Program-made: the position numbers and the translations under genes | The notes under the pieces: generated by a model | The model's database searches: none | What the model was told of the DNA's origin: nothing | Seen by the model: only the letters and a program-made list of their open reading frames with translations | DNA from: Naegleria gruberi | Lineage: Eukaryota | Reading direction: 5' to 3' (one strand) | Assembly (NCBI GenBank): GCA_000004985.1 | Contig: GG738899.1 | Length of the DNA: 64,000 nucleotides | In this document: positions 44,188-55,202 of the stretch, in pieces | How the letters are laid out: each line of letters opens with the position of its first letter | Numbering within the stretch: position 1 is the first letter of the stretch

Positions 44188-45261
44188 ATGTTCGATGAAA
44201 AATACTTTAATCCAGTTCACTATGCAAATGCTGAACAAGAATACAAACAAAAAAATAGAGAAAAGTCACTTGTAAAATATGATGATGATTCCAATTCTGG
44301 ACCAGTTACTGAAACTCAAATGAGAGCAGGCGATTCTGATTCATTAGATGAAGTGACTCTTTCTTTATATGTTAATAATATTCCAGCTTCCAAAAAGGAA
44401 CCATTTACCATTTATATCAATGGTGATGAATTTTTCAAGAGTGAAGAAGAAATTCCACTCACAAGAACTACTGTATTGAGAGCTTCATTTGAAAAACCAC
44501 CACGTGGTGAGGAATTGGTCATTGAAGCTCGTTTCAATATTGAAGCTCGTGATGTTGACACCAAGCAACAATTTAACATTACCAAAAATGGTACATTCAT
44601 GTTCTTTGGTATCGAAAAAGTTGGAGACAGTGAACGTATCCAAATGAAACAACAACATAATGATACTTTTGGACCAAAATCTGGAGAAACTATGACTAAA
44701 TCAAGTGGTGCTTCTGCTAGCTCAAAGAGTTCAACTGAACAAATTCCAGTTTACTTCCATTTGGCTGGTATTAATGCTACTGAACAAAAACCATTCGAAA
44801 TTTATGTTAATGGTCAACAAATTTACAAGCAAACTCAAGATCTTGGAGATAGAATGGCCATTGTAACTGGAAGATTGCCAAATGTTGATGATTTGAGAGT
44901 TACTGTTAAGGCAGTTTCTCTCCTCGATGGTTTGGAAGAAGAATCTGAAGTTAACGTCTCCAAGTATGGTAATTACATCAAGTTGGAAGTTAGCAGTGAT
45001 CGTTCTGTTATTGACATTACTCAATCAAAGAATGCTGAATTTGACAATGCCACCATTGTTGATTCAAAGAAGATGCCAAAATCCATTCCAAAAGTTACTC
45101 CTTCCACTACCTCAACAACTACAACTGCAAAGCCAGCAGCATCAACAGGAGGAAGTGAAGATTATTTGGATGTTTTGAAAAAGTTGGGTGAATTGAGAAA
45201 GGCAGGTATTTTGACTGAAGAAGAATTCCAAGCAAAGAAGAAACAAGTTCTTGGTTTGTAA
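44188..45261 (+). CDS. Hypothetical protein with two more copies of the same ~95-aa domain, an S/T-rich linker and a SHOCT-like C-terminal tail.
   Basis: Single 357-aa ORF. Repeats LSLYVNNIPASKKEPFTIYINGDEFFK... and YFHLAGINATEQKPFEIYVNGQQIYK... C-terminus EDYLDVLKKLGELRKAGILTEEEFQAKKKQVLGL matches the SHOCT-type pattern (L..L..L...G.IT.EEF...K..LL). Confidence 0.55.
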   Translation: MFDEKYFNPVHYANAEQEYKQKNREKSLVKYDDDSNSGPVTETQMRAGDSDSLDEVTLSLYVNNIPASKKEPFTIYINGDEFFKSEEEIPLTRTTVLRASFEKPPRGEELVIEARFNIEARDVDTKQQFNITKNGTFMFFGIEKVGDSERIQMKQQHNDTFGPKSGETMTKSSGASASSKSSTEQIPVYFHLAGINATEQKPFEIYVNGQQIYKQTQDLGDRMAIVTGRLPNVDDLRVTVKAVSLLDGLEEESEVNVSKYGNYIKLEVSSDRSVIDITQSKNAEFDNATIVDSKKMPKSIPKVTPSTTSTTTTAKPAASTGGSEDYLDVLKKLGELRKAGILTEEEFQAKKKQVLGL

Positions 45262-47266
45262 ATAAAGTAGAACCACATTCTTTGGATTTATTTTGCTTTG
45301 CAAATCGACTTGGCAGCTTGTCTGGTAAGGATAACAAGGATGGACACGAGAGAGCTTGTTTGACTTGTGGATCTTCCCTCAAGTGTTTTGGTGCATACAA
45401 GTAGGCAATTGGGGAGTAACTTTCCATACATTTCAATAAGAGATCCTTGTCAGATCTAACTCTTTCCGAAGCATAAATGTAAATGCTACTTTCTGAATTT
45501 TCAATCGCTGTCTTATCATCTCTCATCTTTGATGTAAATAAACGTGGATCAATATTACTCAAATCTGAAGGATATTCTTCTCTCAAAATATCAATTGGTA
45601 CCACTCCATAGTTCAACAAATCTGGATTCGATTTCAAAGCCGTAATCCAGAAAGTATTATCCTTACGAAGCTTACTACTCACTAGAACGCTTGTATATGC
45701 TGATATTTCAAGCAAATGCAACATAAACTCATCATCTTTCAAGTATTCTGCTGGGATGAAATTTTGTACTGCATTGTAATTCATAGCATAGTCAATATCA
45801 TCGTCTTCCATATTTCTCAGTATTTCCAAGATTTGATCCATTGTTAAGTTTAGTCCACTGACATATGCCAAAGCTTTTGGATTTGCTAATATTTTGACAT
45901 CATTCTTGAGAGAATCACCAATAAAAAGAGCACAATTTACATTGATATCAATGCATTCTAACATGAATTCCCTATTATTTCTCAATTCAGGAGAAGCAAT
46001 ACTTAAGAAAATTACATTTCTACGTGAGATTTCCTCAAGAATTACATCTCTATCCTCCAAATATTCATTAGTCTTGTAATTTCTATGGAAGTGTTCATTG
46101 ATAACTTCAACCATGAGTGTTAAATTGTTCAACAATTCTGGCTCTACTGATTCAATATCCAATGTAACCTGTAAGAACCTTAAAATGTCTTCCTTTGTCT
46201 TAATTTTGAAGCCAATTTCACCCAAACCTATAGTATAGACCCAGTGTTTAGCCACTTCTGGATCATTGATGAATTCTGTTTGAACACGATATGGATATAC
46301 TAAATAAGGGTAATGCTTCATTAATTTGATTGTAAACTCTTTATCCTTTCTTAAACTATGATGTAAGAAAAGGTGAGAACTATTGATATTGAACAAATTA
46401 AAGTAAGCATCCTTATCCTTTCTGATTTCTGTAGGAAAAAATGCTGGAATACGTTGAATAAAAGAATCTGGATCAGTTTCGAATAATTGTTTGACTGCTC
46501 CCAATATTTCTGGATCTCTTCTCAATTCAACACTGAGATATGGATAGAAATTAGCATGCACTTTCAAAAACTCGACAAGATCCTTCTTATCTCCTTCTTG
46601 CATAATTTTCACATACTTTTTCATGTTATCTATCATTTCTTCTTCTGGATAAACTTCATTACCAAGTAATGAAATTGGTTTGATTACATGAATTGGAATA
46701 CTCTCAATCCAATCTTTGATATGTCCAATGCATTTCAATGATGGGAACATTGTAGTACCTGTCTTTAAATAAAAGAAACCATTTCTCTTATCTAAAAGTG
46801 TCACTACTGTAGAGTACAAATGTCCTGTCTGAACCATTATCAAATTCTCTTGCCATTGATTTTCACCAAATTCACTGTCCAATAGCAAGGGAAAGGTTGA
46901 ACGTTCAGAGATTGGTGTTTCTACAACAAATTCCCAATCATCAACCGGGGCAATGGTAATTAAATTAGAGAAATGATATCTGCCACTTGCACAATTAGTC
47001 AACCAAACCTTCAAGTGAAATTGCATATTGGTAAAACCAAATTGATTAATTAAATTGGCTAATTGTTCATTGCTGAGTGCAGGAGAATCGTAATCATGGG
47101 CAAGTTCTTGGCAATATTTATGCCATTTGTCAATCAAGTCATTCTTCTCTTCTGTGTGATAAATTGCATCAAAGGTTGTGTTTATCAATCTGCTGTGTGC
47201 TCTGTCTATTGTTGAAAGGAATGGGAAAATCCTAACAACAACTTCTGGGATGTGGAAGATATTCAT
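45119..47266 (-). CDS. F-box-like / DUF4116-type repeat protein. The 3' end is uncertain because the ORF tail overlaps the convergent gene's 3' end.
   Basis: 715-aa ORF. N-terminal F-box-like IPEVVVRIFPFLSTIDRAHSRLINTTF. At least 7 repeats of the form (S/P)xELRxDKEFxLxxxK / LRKDNTFWITALKSNPDLL / VRSDKDLLLKCMESY / LREDPQVKQAL, reminiscent of DUF4116 repeats. The last ~47 codons (45119-45261) overlap the 3' end of + gene 44188-45261. Confidence 0.55.
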   Translation of the reverse strand: MNIFHIPEVVVRIFPFLSTIDRAHSRLINTTFDAIYHTEEKNDLIDKWHKYCQELAHDYDSPALSNEQLANLINQFGFTNMQFHLKVWLTNCASGRYHFSNLITIAPVDDWEFVVETPISERSTFPLLLDSEFGENQWQENLIMVQTGHLYSTVVTLLDKRNGFFYLKTGTTMFPSLKCIGHIKDWIESIPIHVIKPISLLGNEVYPEEEMIDNMKKYVKIMQEGDKKDLVEFLKVHANFYPYLSVELRRDPEILGAVKQLFETDPDSFIQRIPAFFPTEIRKDKDAYFNLFNINSSHLFLHHSLRKDKEFTIKLMKHYPYLVYPYRVQTEFINDPEVAKHWVYTIGLGEIGFKIKTKEDILRFLQVTLDIESVEPELLNNLTLMVEVINEHFHRNYKTNEYLEDRDVILEEISRRNVIFLSIASPELRNNREFMLECIDINVNCALFIGDSLKNDVKILANPKALAYVSGLNLTMDQILEILRNMEDDDIDYAMNYNAVQNFIPAEYLKDDEFMLHLLEISAYTSVLVSSKLRKDNTFWITALKSNPDLLNYGVVPIDILREEYPSDLSNIDPRLFTSKMRDDKTAIENSESSIYIYASERVRSDKDLLLKCMESYSPIAYLYAPKHLREDPQVKQALSCPSLLSLPDKLPSRFAKQNKSKECGSTLFTNQELVSSLLGILLQSKYLPFSIHPTFSKHPNNLHFLLLMLLALQL

Positions 47267-47459
47267 TTTTTTTCATGAGATGATTATCCCAACAGCAGTC
47301 AAGTTTAAAACCATTTAAATTGTGTAAATTTAATAGGTTACACTTGTCTATTCAAGGTTTCATATGATCTGTTTCTAATTTAGCAATTTACTTGCCATGC
47401 ATGGTCACATCTTATCATCAAATGTAAAAAGCAGTAATTCATGTAGAAATTTAACATTT

Positions 47460-50400
47460 TCAAATTCTCTCCACAATATTCTCAAGCAATTCATAAATCT
47501 TATTGAAAGAAGGCCTCTCTGAAGGATTGTGTTTCCAACATTCTGTCATTAAATTGATGAATAATTGCACGCATTCAATTGTATCATCATTAGTAAAGAG
47601 TTGAGTATTGGTAGTAATCCATTGATTAATCTCATCTCTATTCGAAACATCAAAGGGAAGGAGAGGTCTTTGGCCATTAATAACAAGTGGTGGAACTTTA
47701 AATGTGTTTTTCACATGTTGGAATGGAGTGGCTCTGAAAAACATTTCCCACATAATTATAGCAAATGAATAAACATCAATTTTGCTGGCTTCCTTATTCT
47801 CTATTTGTGTATCAGAAACAAATGTCTCAGGGCTGTAATTAATTGTTACATTATACTAAACTAACACGAAACTTACCTGCAGTATAAGATGGTACCTATT
47901 TGTTTAGTCATATTTGTTTGAACAGTGTTGCTAACGAGTTTCACAAGACCAAAATCTGAAACCTTTGCCTGATTCTTATCGTTTAGCAATACATTGCCAG
48001 GTTTCTAATAAAAAGATGAATAATACTTATAAATTGGAAAACCTACCAAATCTCTGTGAATAATCGCTGGTTTCAGTGAATGTAAATAAATCATGCCATT
48101 AGATATGTGAAGTAAAATTTTTAACACATTTTGGAAGTGTTGGTTTGTGAAATTGGAATATTTCGAATTGGAAATAAATCGATCCAATGCACCATTTTCC
48201 ATGTACTCTGTAACAATATACTTGCTCTTCTCAGTCATACATACTCCGTAAAATATTAACACGTTGGGATGTCTCAATCGACTCAAAACTGCAGCCTCCT
48301 TTTCAAACTCTTCATTGTTAATTGAACCTTCTGAGAAATCATACTTGAGGGATTTGATAGCAACATTAATATTTGACCATGAGCCGAGGAAAACATTAGC
48401 TGAACCACCTTCTCCTATCCTCTTTTCAATAGTGATTTCTTCGATTGGAATAATGAAGGAGTCGTCCTTTTGATATTTGGATGTTTTAGAGTTGCTTTTC
48501 ACTAATGATTGGGAAAGCTCTGTATCGTTAGTGAGAGATCTATACTTGGTACTACCTCCACTCGAACCATTGTCAATACTGGAAGCTTTATCATAGTATT
48601 GCTGTTCTTCTTCAGTAAATTCAAATAGCATTCTCTTGTCAATGAGTTTGTTTTCAATAGCTTGCTCTGCTCTTTCTTTTTTCTTCAATCTGTTTAATTT
48701 TTTGATGATCGTTACCATACAATACATTCCCAATCCAAGTAAAATACCCAGAATGAATAAAAAAAGAGAGGTTCCAATAATAATTGCAACGTATGTTTCT
48801 ACTGGAAATTCAGGAATTTTCTTACATTCAAAATTGAAAACATTAGCCTCTTGGGTCAGTGATTTATCTAATGCTGTTCCACTCTTACAATTTCCTATTT
48901 GAATTGGTAGTTCGATTGTGCTAAATCTATTTTCAATTATGATTCTTGTAGGTACTTTGAAATACTCATCCAAGGTTTCATTTCCAAAAACATTAATAGT
49001 GAATGTAATGTAATTCATATTGTTAGGCTGCTTGTTTGACAGTTTGATATAGGATGAAGATGAATAAAAATCAAAAATCTCATCAGAGAATGGTGCTATA
49101 GTTCCATCCTTGGTTGTTTTTACAATAAATGAAATATTGTATCTCTCTCCAATTAATAATTCATAATTTCCATTCACAATTTTTGGAGTTATTCCAGTGA
49201 ATTCTGCTGAGGATAATCGTAGAGGAATAGTATTATCCATTCCCATTACTGCTACATTTCCATTTAATGTACATCCACTTAAAGTTGGAAGGGTTGCCTG
49301 ATTGAAAAACATTGCCCCTCCACTCAGTCTTGCTGTATTATTTACAAACTGTGAATATTGGAAATTTAATTGATATGAACCAGTTGGAAAATAGATGGCA
49401 CCACCACGATCTGCATAATTTCCAATGAAATTTACGCCATTAAATTCGTATGGAGGAGTAAATTTGGCATCATTTACTGCGGACTCTATTGAAATGGCAC
49501 CACCTCCACAAAAAGCTCCATACCTAGACATTGGATACAAATTACAAGTAACTCTATTATTAATAAACTTGCTTCCCCTGATGAACAAATTAGCTGCCAA
49601 ATATTTCACACGAACAGCTGCTCCACTGAAAGTGGCTAGATTATTATAAAATTCGCAATAATCAATGAACAATCTTTGTACAGACTGAATCGTCACTGCT
49701 GAATCATATGAATTATAAAATTTTGAGTTTGAAAATAAAACTTGAGATCTGTAGCCATTGCCAGAAATGTCGTAAATGTCAAATTGTCTCCTCTGTGAAA
49801 ATTCACAATTTACAACAGAAAGCACCGAGTACGATTCCACGCGTACGTGAGCGAATCTATTATCAAGTTTGATATTTCTCAGTGTGGTATAAACAATTTC
49901 TTTAAAGATTAGAAACGCGCTCACAAGATCTTGAGATGGAATTGCGTTTCCTGTCATTGTAATATTCTCAAATATTGCATTTTGGAAAGAGGTAACAGAG
50001 GAAAATAACTTTCCTGAATAGACTCTAATATCCTTCACTATGATACTAGTTCCAGATTGTGCTAAAATGCTTAAAATAATACCTCCAAACTTTTGCAAAA
50101 CACCTTTGAGCTTAGTACTCTGGTTAATATCAGATGTCTCACAATTAGTAAATGTAACATAATTACAAGCAAATGTATGAACAACACTAAATATAGTTCT
50201 CTCCACATGAACTATACTCGATTCCTGAATATTGACCAGTGTTTTTGCAATACTATCCAAGATTATTACTTCGTCACATAAATAGAAAACAGAGACTAGA
50301 TCCAAGGTTGACCTATTAACTACTACCTTGTTTCTATAATTGACAACAATTGTTTCTGAAAAAAATGAATTTTCTACAATGAAATATCTAGATTTCAAAT

Positions 50401-51172
50401 TGGATTCCACTTGTCCAGGGGTATTGTTATCCATAATTCCTGAACCATTAAAATAACAATTCTCCACCAACACTGAAATGAATAAATCGAAAATAATAAT
50501 ATCATTCAGTACCAAATCGTGTAAATATAATGCTTCAAATCCATATGGAATTAGTAACCCTTTCGAAAATAATGGTAACGTCTGAACACATGTCAGAACA
50601 CTCGAACGTCCATCCAAGTGAGTGATTTCCATGAAGAATCTCACTAGTTCAAATTCTTCCATTTGATACCACTCTAGCCCACATAAAAAGGGTTCATTTC
50701 CAATAACAATAACTTTTAAAAGTACATTTCTCTCCACTGATTTCATATTTAAAAAATCGGAATAATCTCTATATAATGTCTCATTCAATGAATAGAAGAG
50801 TTGAGTAAATGCTACACATGGATTTTCCATAGAATGTCCACAATTCACATTTGTTGAAGAATTACCATTAATACCTCCCAAGTACAAGGTAATATTTACG
50901 GTCATTTCCATGGAAGAATTATTCGTTATCAATGACCAAAAGGCCTCCTTCGGCCTCTCCACAACCAAGGTTGGTTCACCATTACTTGTTGATGAAGAGG
51001 TGGTTGCTGTTGTTGTTGTTTGTATCATCATTGGTTCGTCCATATTCATATTCATATCAAGAGCATGTGAATTTATTGGTGTTGACAGCTGTATCAACAC
51101 CATCATAGCCAAAAGTAAGAGAAGTAATGAAGACCTTTCCAGAGAAGGAAAACGTAAGGGTTGTTCCTGCAT
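47460..51172 (-). CDS. Receptor-type protein kinase: signal peptide, large ectodomain of parallel beta-helix / Pmp-like (GGA[IM]) repeats, transmembrane segment, TKL-like kinase domain. Exons (minus strand) 51172-~48044, ~48000-~47882, ~47837-47460.
   Basis: N-terminal SSLLLLLLAMMVLIQLSTPINS. Repeats GGGAISIESAVN, RGGAIYFP, LSGGAMFFN, NGNVAVMG. Transmembrane segment YVAIIIGTSLFLFILGILLGLGMYCMVTII. Kinase GEGGSANVF...VAIK...HPNV...YLHSLKPAIIHRDL|GTAGGT..TTATTAG|KPGNVLLNDKNQAKVSDFGLVK...ILYC|GTAAGT..TTACAG|SPETFV...DVYSFAIIMWEMF...CWKHNPSERPSF (track ORF 47460-47753). Confidence 0.8.
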
Positions 51173-51954
51173 TTTTTTGTCGATTGTAGAGCTTTGAAAT
51201 AATAGGAGTGTTGATGACTCCGTTTTAATATGCGGATTACATTACACCAGTTTAGATTAGCAAAGGTTTCCCTCAATCGATACTTTAAAATCGAGAAACA
51301 TTCTAAAACTCTGCTAGCTGCTACTTTTGGAGTTCCGACATTTTTTCATTTTAAAAAAATAAATTTTAATATTTTAATTGATGAACACGAATTACACGCA
51401 TGTAATATGCTCTCATGATATCACAATACACGACAAACAAATTTATCAGTAACAAAGCACATTCTATTGAATCATCGATGATTCCATTACAAAACCAACT
51501 CTTCAACATCTTTCCCTCTAGAAAAGAACTCGATGAACTTCAAACAATGCAAAATTAGCACTCAAGCCTTTCAAAATTTCTCTTCAAAAAAAGAACACCA
51601 ACAAGTGTTGCATCATAATCACCACGTGTTCATCTGTAGCATCATCACCATTGAAAAGCAACCATCAATTTTATTATTGAGGACGAATAGATTTGATCAA
51701 ATATATACATCACGTTATTGTTGTTGTTGATGATTAAAAAAAGGCATTAAGAGTAGTTTTAATAATTATAATAGTAATAATAATAATGGTTATTGATAAG
51801 ATTCCTTGTTTGTATGCATTAAGTAGTGGTTTAACTATTACTCCTTCTTCGGATCAAGATAATTTCATCACCATCATCAAATGGTTCTCTGAGACAAATT
51901 CCACCAGCTAAATTTCCTCTCATCTCAACCTCAGAGGCTGACCAGATTTTACAT

Positions 51955-53258
51955 TTGGCTGAACGATGTAATTTTGCAGTCTTTTCAGGTAACCTTCCTC
52001 GAAATAGCTCCCCTCCAAAGAATATATTTGTCTATGATTTGAACAAGTATGATATTTGTGATATTGTTGCTGGTGAGGATTTTGCAATCTTTGTTAATAG
52101 AGCTGGAAATTGTTATTTATTGGCTGATGGAATAGAGGACAAATCTAAAAAGTGGAAGGTTTGGATGGGATTGGAAGATGTTGAATTGAATGGGAAAGAT
52201 GCTGTTTTGATACCATTTACTGTGGAAGATCCTATTGAGATGGTATTTGCTCATTCGTTTTGTGTACTTGTAAATAGACATGGTCAGGTTTATTACTTTC
52301 CAGAATATGATAATAATAACACCATAGGTAGCCAACCAACTCTTCTTTCAAAATTGAGTATGGATTTGTTTGGAGGAGAGAGGATTGTACATTGTGGACT
52401 TGGAAATGAACATGCCTTGTTTTTGACTGAAAGTGGAAAGGTGTTTGGAAGTGGAGCTAATTGTAAGTAGTTTAAATTTGATTTGATATATTGATTGTGT
52501 TAAAAGCTAGCGGACAATTGGCCAATGCAAAGTGGTATTCTGATCAAAAGTTTGTTCAATTACCAACTGACCATATTCCAGACAAGATTGTAAAGGTTTT
52601 TGCTACTTATAACACCTCATTTGTGCTTACAGAAAATAATGAAGTTTGGAGTTGTGGAGATACTACTTATAATGCCTCTGGTCACAAGGCCAACCAAAAT
52701 AACAAAACAACTGAGCTTGTGAAAATTCCAATAGATGAGAAAATCGTAGATATAGAGCCAGGTCTATTTTTCGTGGCCTTTAAAACAATAGGTGACAAGT
52801 ATCTTGTTTTTGGTTATAACAACTTTTCACAATTTGGAAGATCGGAAACCTTGGCTGAGAGAATTGATGGTCCTCATCCATTAGATACCTTCCCTAATGA
52901 AAATATTCAAAAAATAGTATGTGGAGGTTACAATTCAATAATTATTTCTCAAGATAGAAAATATTATTCAGCTGGATGGACCATCGATGCCCCTTTCTAT
53001 CCATCAAAAGAAAATTTTTACAATCTTATTGACATGCAAAGGTTTTTAGGAATTAGAAGACCATTCACAGATTCATCAGTAGAATTGTGTGCAACTATGG
53101 GACGATACTTCTCAATCTTTTTTTCCAGGGATAGTGCAAGAAGACCTCTCAATTTCAAGAAATCTTTCAAAATTTGTGATATTCTCATCAAGACACAAAA
53201 TGGTGGAGATGTAGTTGGACAAGAAGAATATTCAAACTTTATGTATTCAAGTGATTAA
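51955..53258 (+). CDS. RCC1 (regulator of chromosome condensation)-like repeat protein. The 5' end is uncertain; at least one intron (~52468-52506).
   Basis: Track ORFs 51955-52470 and 52491-53258 join via GTAAGT...TTAAAAG, restoring the RCC1 signature GSGANSSGQLAN. Other repeat signatures HCGLGNEHALFLTESGKVFGSG, WSCGDTTYNASGH, VFGYNNFSQFGR, IVCGGYNSIIISQD. The 51955 start is a TTG in the ORF track, so the true initiator exon probably lies upstream. Confidence 0.55.
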
Positions 53259-53300
53259 TTGTATTTTATGGAACCACTATTACATTGTATTGATAAAGAT

Positions 53301-54779
53301 TTATTCTTCCAATTGGGAAGAATTATATTTGGATTGAGATTCTTTCCACTCCATAAACCAAGATCTATTTGGAAAAGATTTCATGTTATCATTTACAATA
53401 CGTTGAGAAACACCTCTATCATCATTGTTAGAAGTATCTACTGGATGTTTACCTCCATCAGTCAACTTATCCAAGATGAAATTCAATCCCTTGGCCATTG
53501 TTTTACCTCTCATTTTACAAAACTGCCCCACAGTCAAATTTTGTAAAGGTAATTGAAAGTCAGTGTACATGATATTCATGAAACGAGTGGTATTGTCGTT
53601 AACTCTCATCATTATATAATAACACAAGCCATCAATTATTAATGAATTAGGAGGAGGACTCGTAACACCCTTTGGAAATTGAGCACTATGTAGCAATATC
53701 ATATACATGTCAAAACCAGCATCCTTAATGCAAGTGACAGATGATTCAACAAATCTCTTTTTCAATAGTGGAATTTTAGTATCAAAGGTGGTGGTCATAA
53801 TCTTAATTCCATATGGACACGTCATTCCATGGAAATCTTGATTAGGTTCAATATAATCAAGATATTTGAGAGCATTACAAAACATGGGTTCGAAATGTTG
53901 GTGATTGACTGGATTTGTCCACATTCCCCAAACATCTTCTAAATTGTAAGGTAGATCAATAGCTAATTTACAAAGTTTGAATCCTTTCAATTGGTCAGAA
54001 TTGAAAACATAACCAGTTCTTGACGTAGTAACTGTCAAATTATTTTTTTCGTACACAACCTTCCAATCTGGAGTATCCTGAGCAAGTGTGATCCCAAAAT
54101 AAATGTGGTCATCTGTAACGATTGGGGATTTCAAATCGTGAGGTTTGAATCTGAGATCGACTTTGTAACCTTTCGAAATATCAATTCCAATCTTTCTGGT
54201 ATATTCGATTCCCATCTTGTGGAGGAAATAATGAAATTGATCTGAACGAGAGAATTTGGTAAAGTGTCCCATTCCCAAATCCACCAGAATTACCAGAATG
54301 ATTGATCCTAAAAGCTTTCCAGGATGTAGCTCATCCAATATTTCCTGAGAATCGAAACTAAATGTTTCATTGTTAAGCTTCTCACTAGTTTCTTTCCATA
54401 GCTTGAGAGAGGATCGTTGATGAGGGCCAATATTTAATTCTTGTTCTCCTCCAACTTGAAGAAAAGTCTTTACTATTGCATTCATCTTTTCCTGCAGAGA
54501 ATCCAAGTTTCGTCTAACAATCTTTTGTACACTAACTCTACGAGCTACATCAGTTTCCAATTGTTGAGTTTCCTTCAACATCATTAAAGAGAAGTTATCA
54601 GCTGAAATTCCTGCAATCTTCTTATACTCTTCAGTGTATTCAATCACCTTGTTGATGAATAGAATACTTTCCTGGTTGTGATGTTTCTCTAGGAATTGTT
54701 GAAACACTCTTCGAAACTGAGAACATTTGATGGCTTCTTCGAATACAATCTGATAATTTCGAGGATCAAAAGCGTTCAT
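53301..54779 (-). CDS. RGS-like domain + START-like domain protein (paralog of 9733-11895).
   Basis: Single 492-aa ORF. N-terminal FRRVFQQFLEKHHNQESILFINKVIEYTEEYKK (RGS-like pattern). C-terminal START-like signatures DWKVVYEKNNLTVTT...KKRFVESSVTCIKDAGFDMYMILLHSAQFP...LIIDGLCYYIMMRVNDNTTRFMNIMYTDFQLP. Conserved blocks are shared with 9733-11895 (YWNCVYEKEKP vs DWKVVYEKNNL; PRDYVLAIY vs KKRFVESSV). Confidence 0.5.
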   Translation of the reverse strand: MNAFDPRNYQIVFEEAIKCSQFRRVFQQFLEKHHNQESILFINKVIEYTEEYKKIAGISADNFSLMMLKETQQLETDVARRVSVQKIVRRNLDSLQEKMNAIVKTFLQVGGEQELNIGPHQRSSLKLWKETSEKLNNETFSFDSQEILDELHPGKLLGSIILVILVDLGMGHFTKFSRSDQFHYFLHKMGIEYTRKIGIDISKGYKVDLRFKPHDLKSPIVTDDHIYFGITLAQDTPDWKVVYEKNNLTVTTSRTGYVFNSDQLKGFKLCKLAIDLPYNLEDVWGMWTNPVNHQHFEPMFCNALKYLDYIEPNQDFHGMTCPYGIKIMTTTFDTKIPLLKKRFVESSVTCIKDAGFDMYMILLHSAQFPKGVTSPPPNSLIIDGLCYYIMMRVNDNTTRFMNIMYTDFQLPLQNLTVGQFCKMRGKTMAKGLNFILDKLTDGGKHPVDTSNNDDRGVSQRIVNDNMKSFPNRSWFMEWKESQSKYNSSQLEE

Positions 54780-55202
54780 AGGTGTTTGTTAGTTTTTTTG
54801 TTGGCTTGAAATACATCTGATTGTCCCAATCATACTAATTTGTTAAGAAATATTAGTTTTGGTCATTCGAAATATGTTCAAATTCACCTATTTACCTTCT
54901 TCTCTCCAATCACTAGAAATAAGAACCTTTCGAACAATGAAAAGTTGACATGTTGCAACTGATAATTAATTATCAATTGCCAAACAGACAACTTATTATT
55001 TTCTGACAATTGATACGTTGTTCATTTTGTATTTTTGCATAATTAATTGTTTGATTTCATTTGGATAATCTTGATTACAGTTCTATCTTTTGCCTATTAT
55101 TAATAGTAAATAAGCATTTAAGGAAATAGATATTATTTAGGAGATATATTATCAAGAAGCTCGGTGAAAGGTTAGATTTAAATTTGTGTCTTATTTGGCT
55201 TC

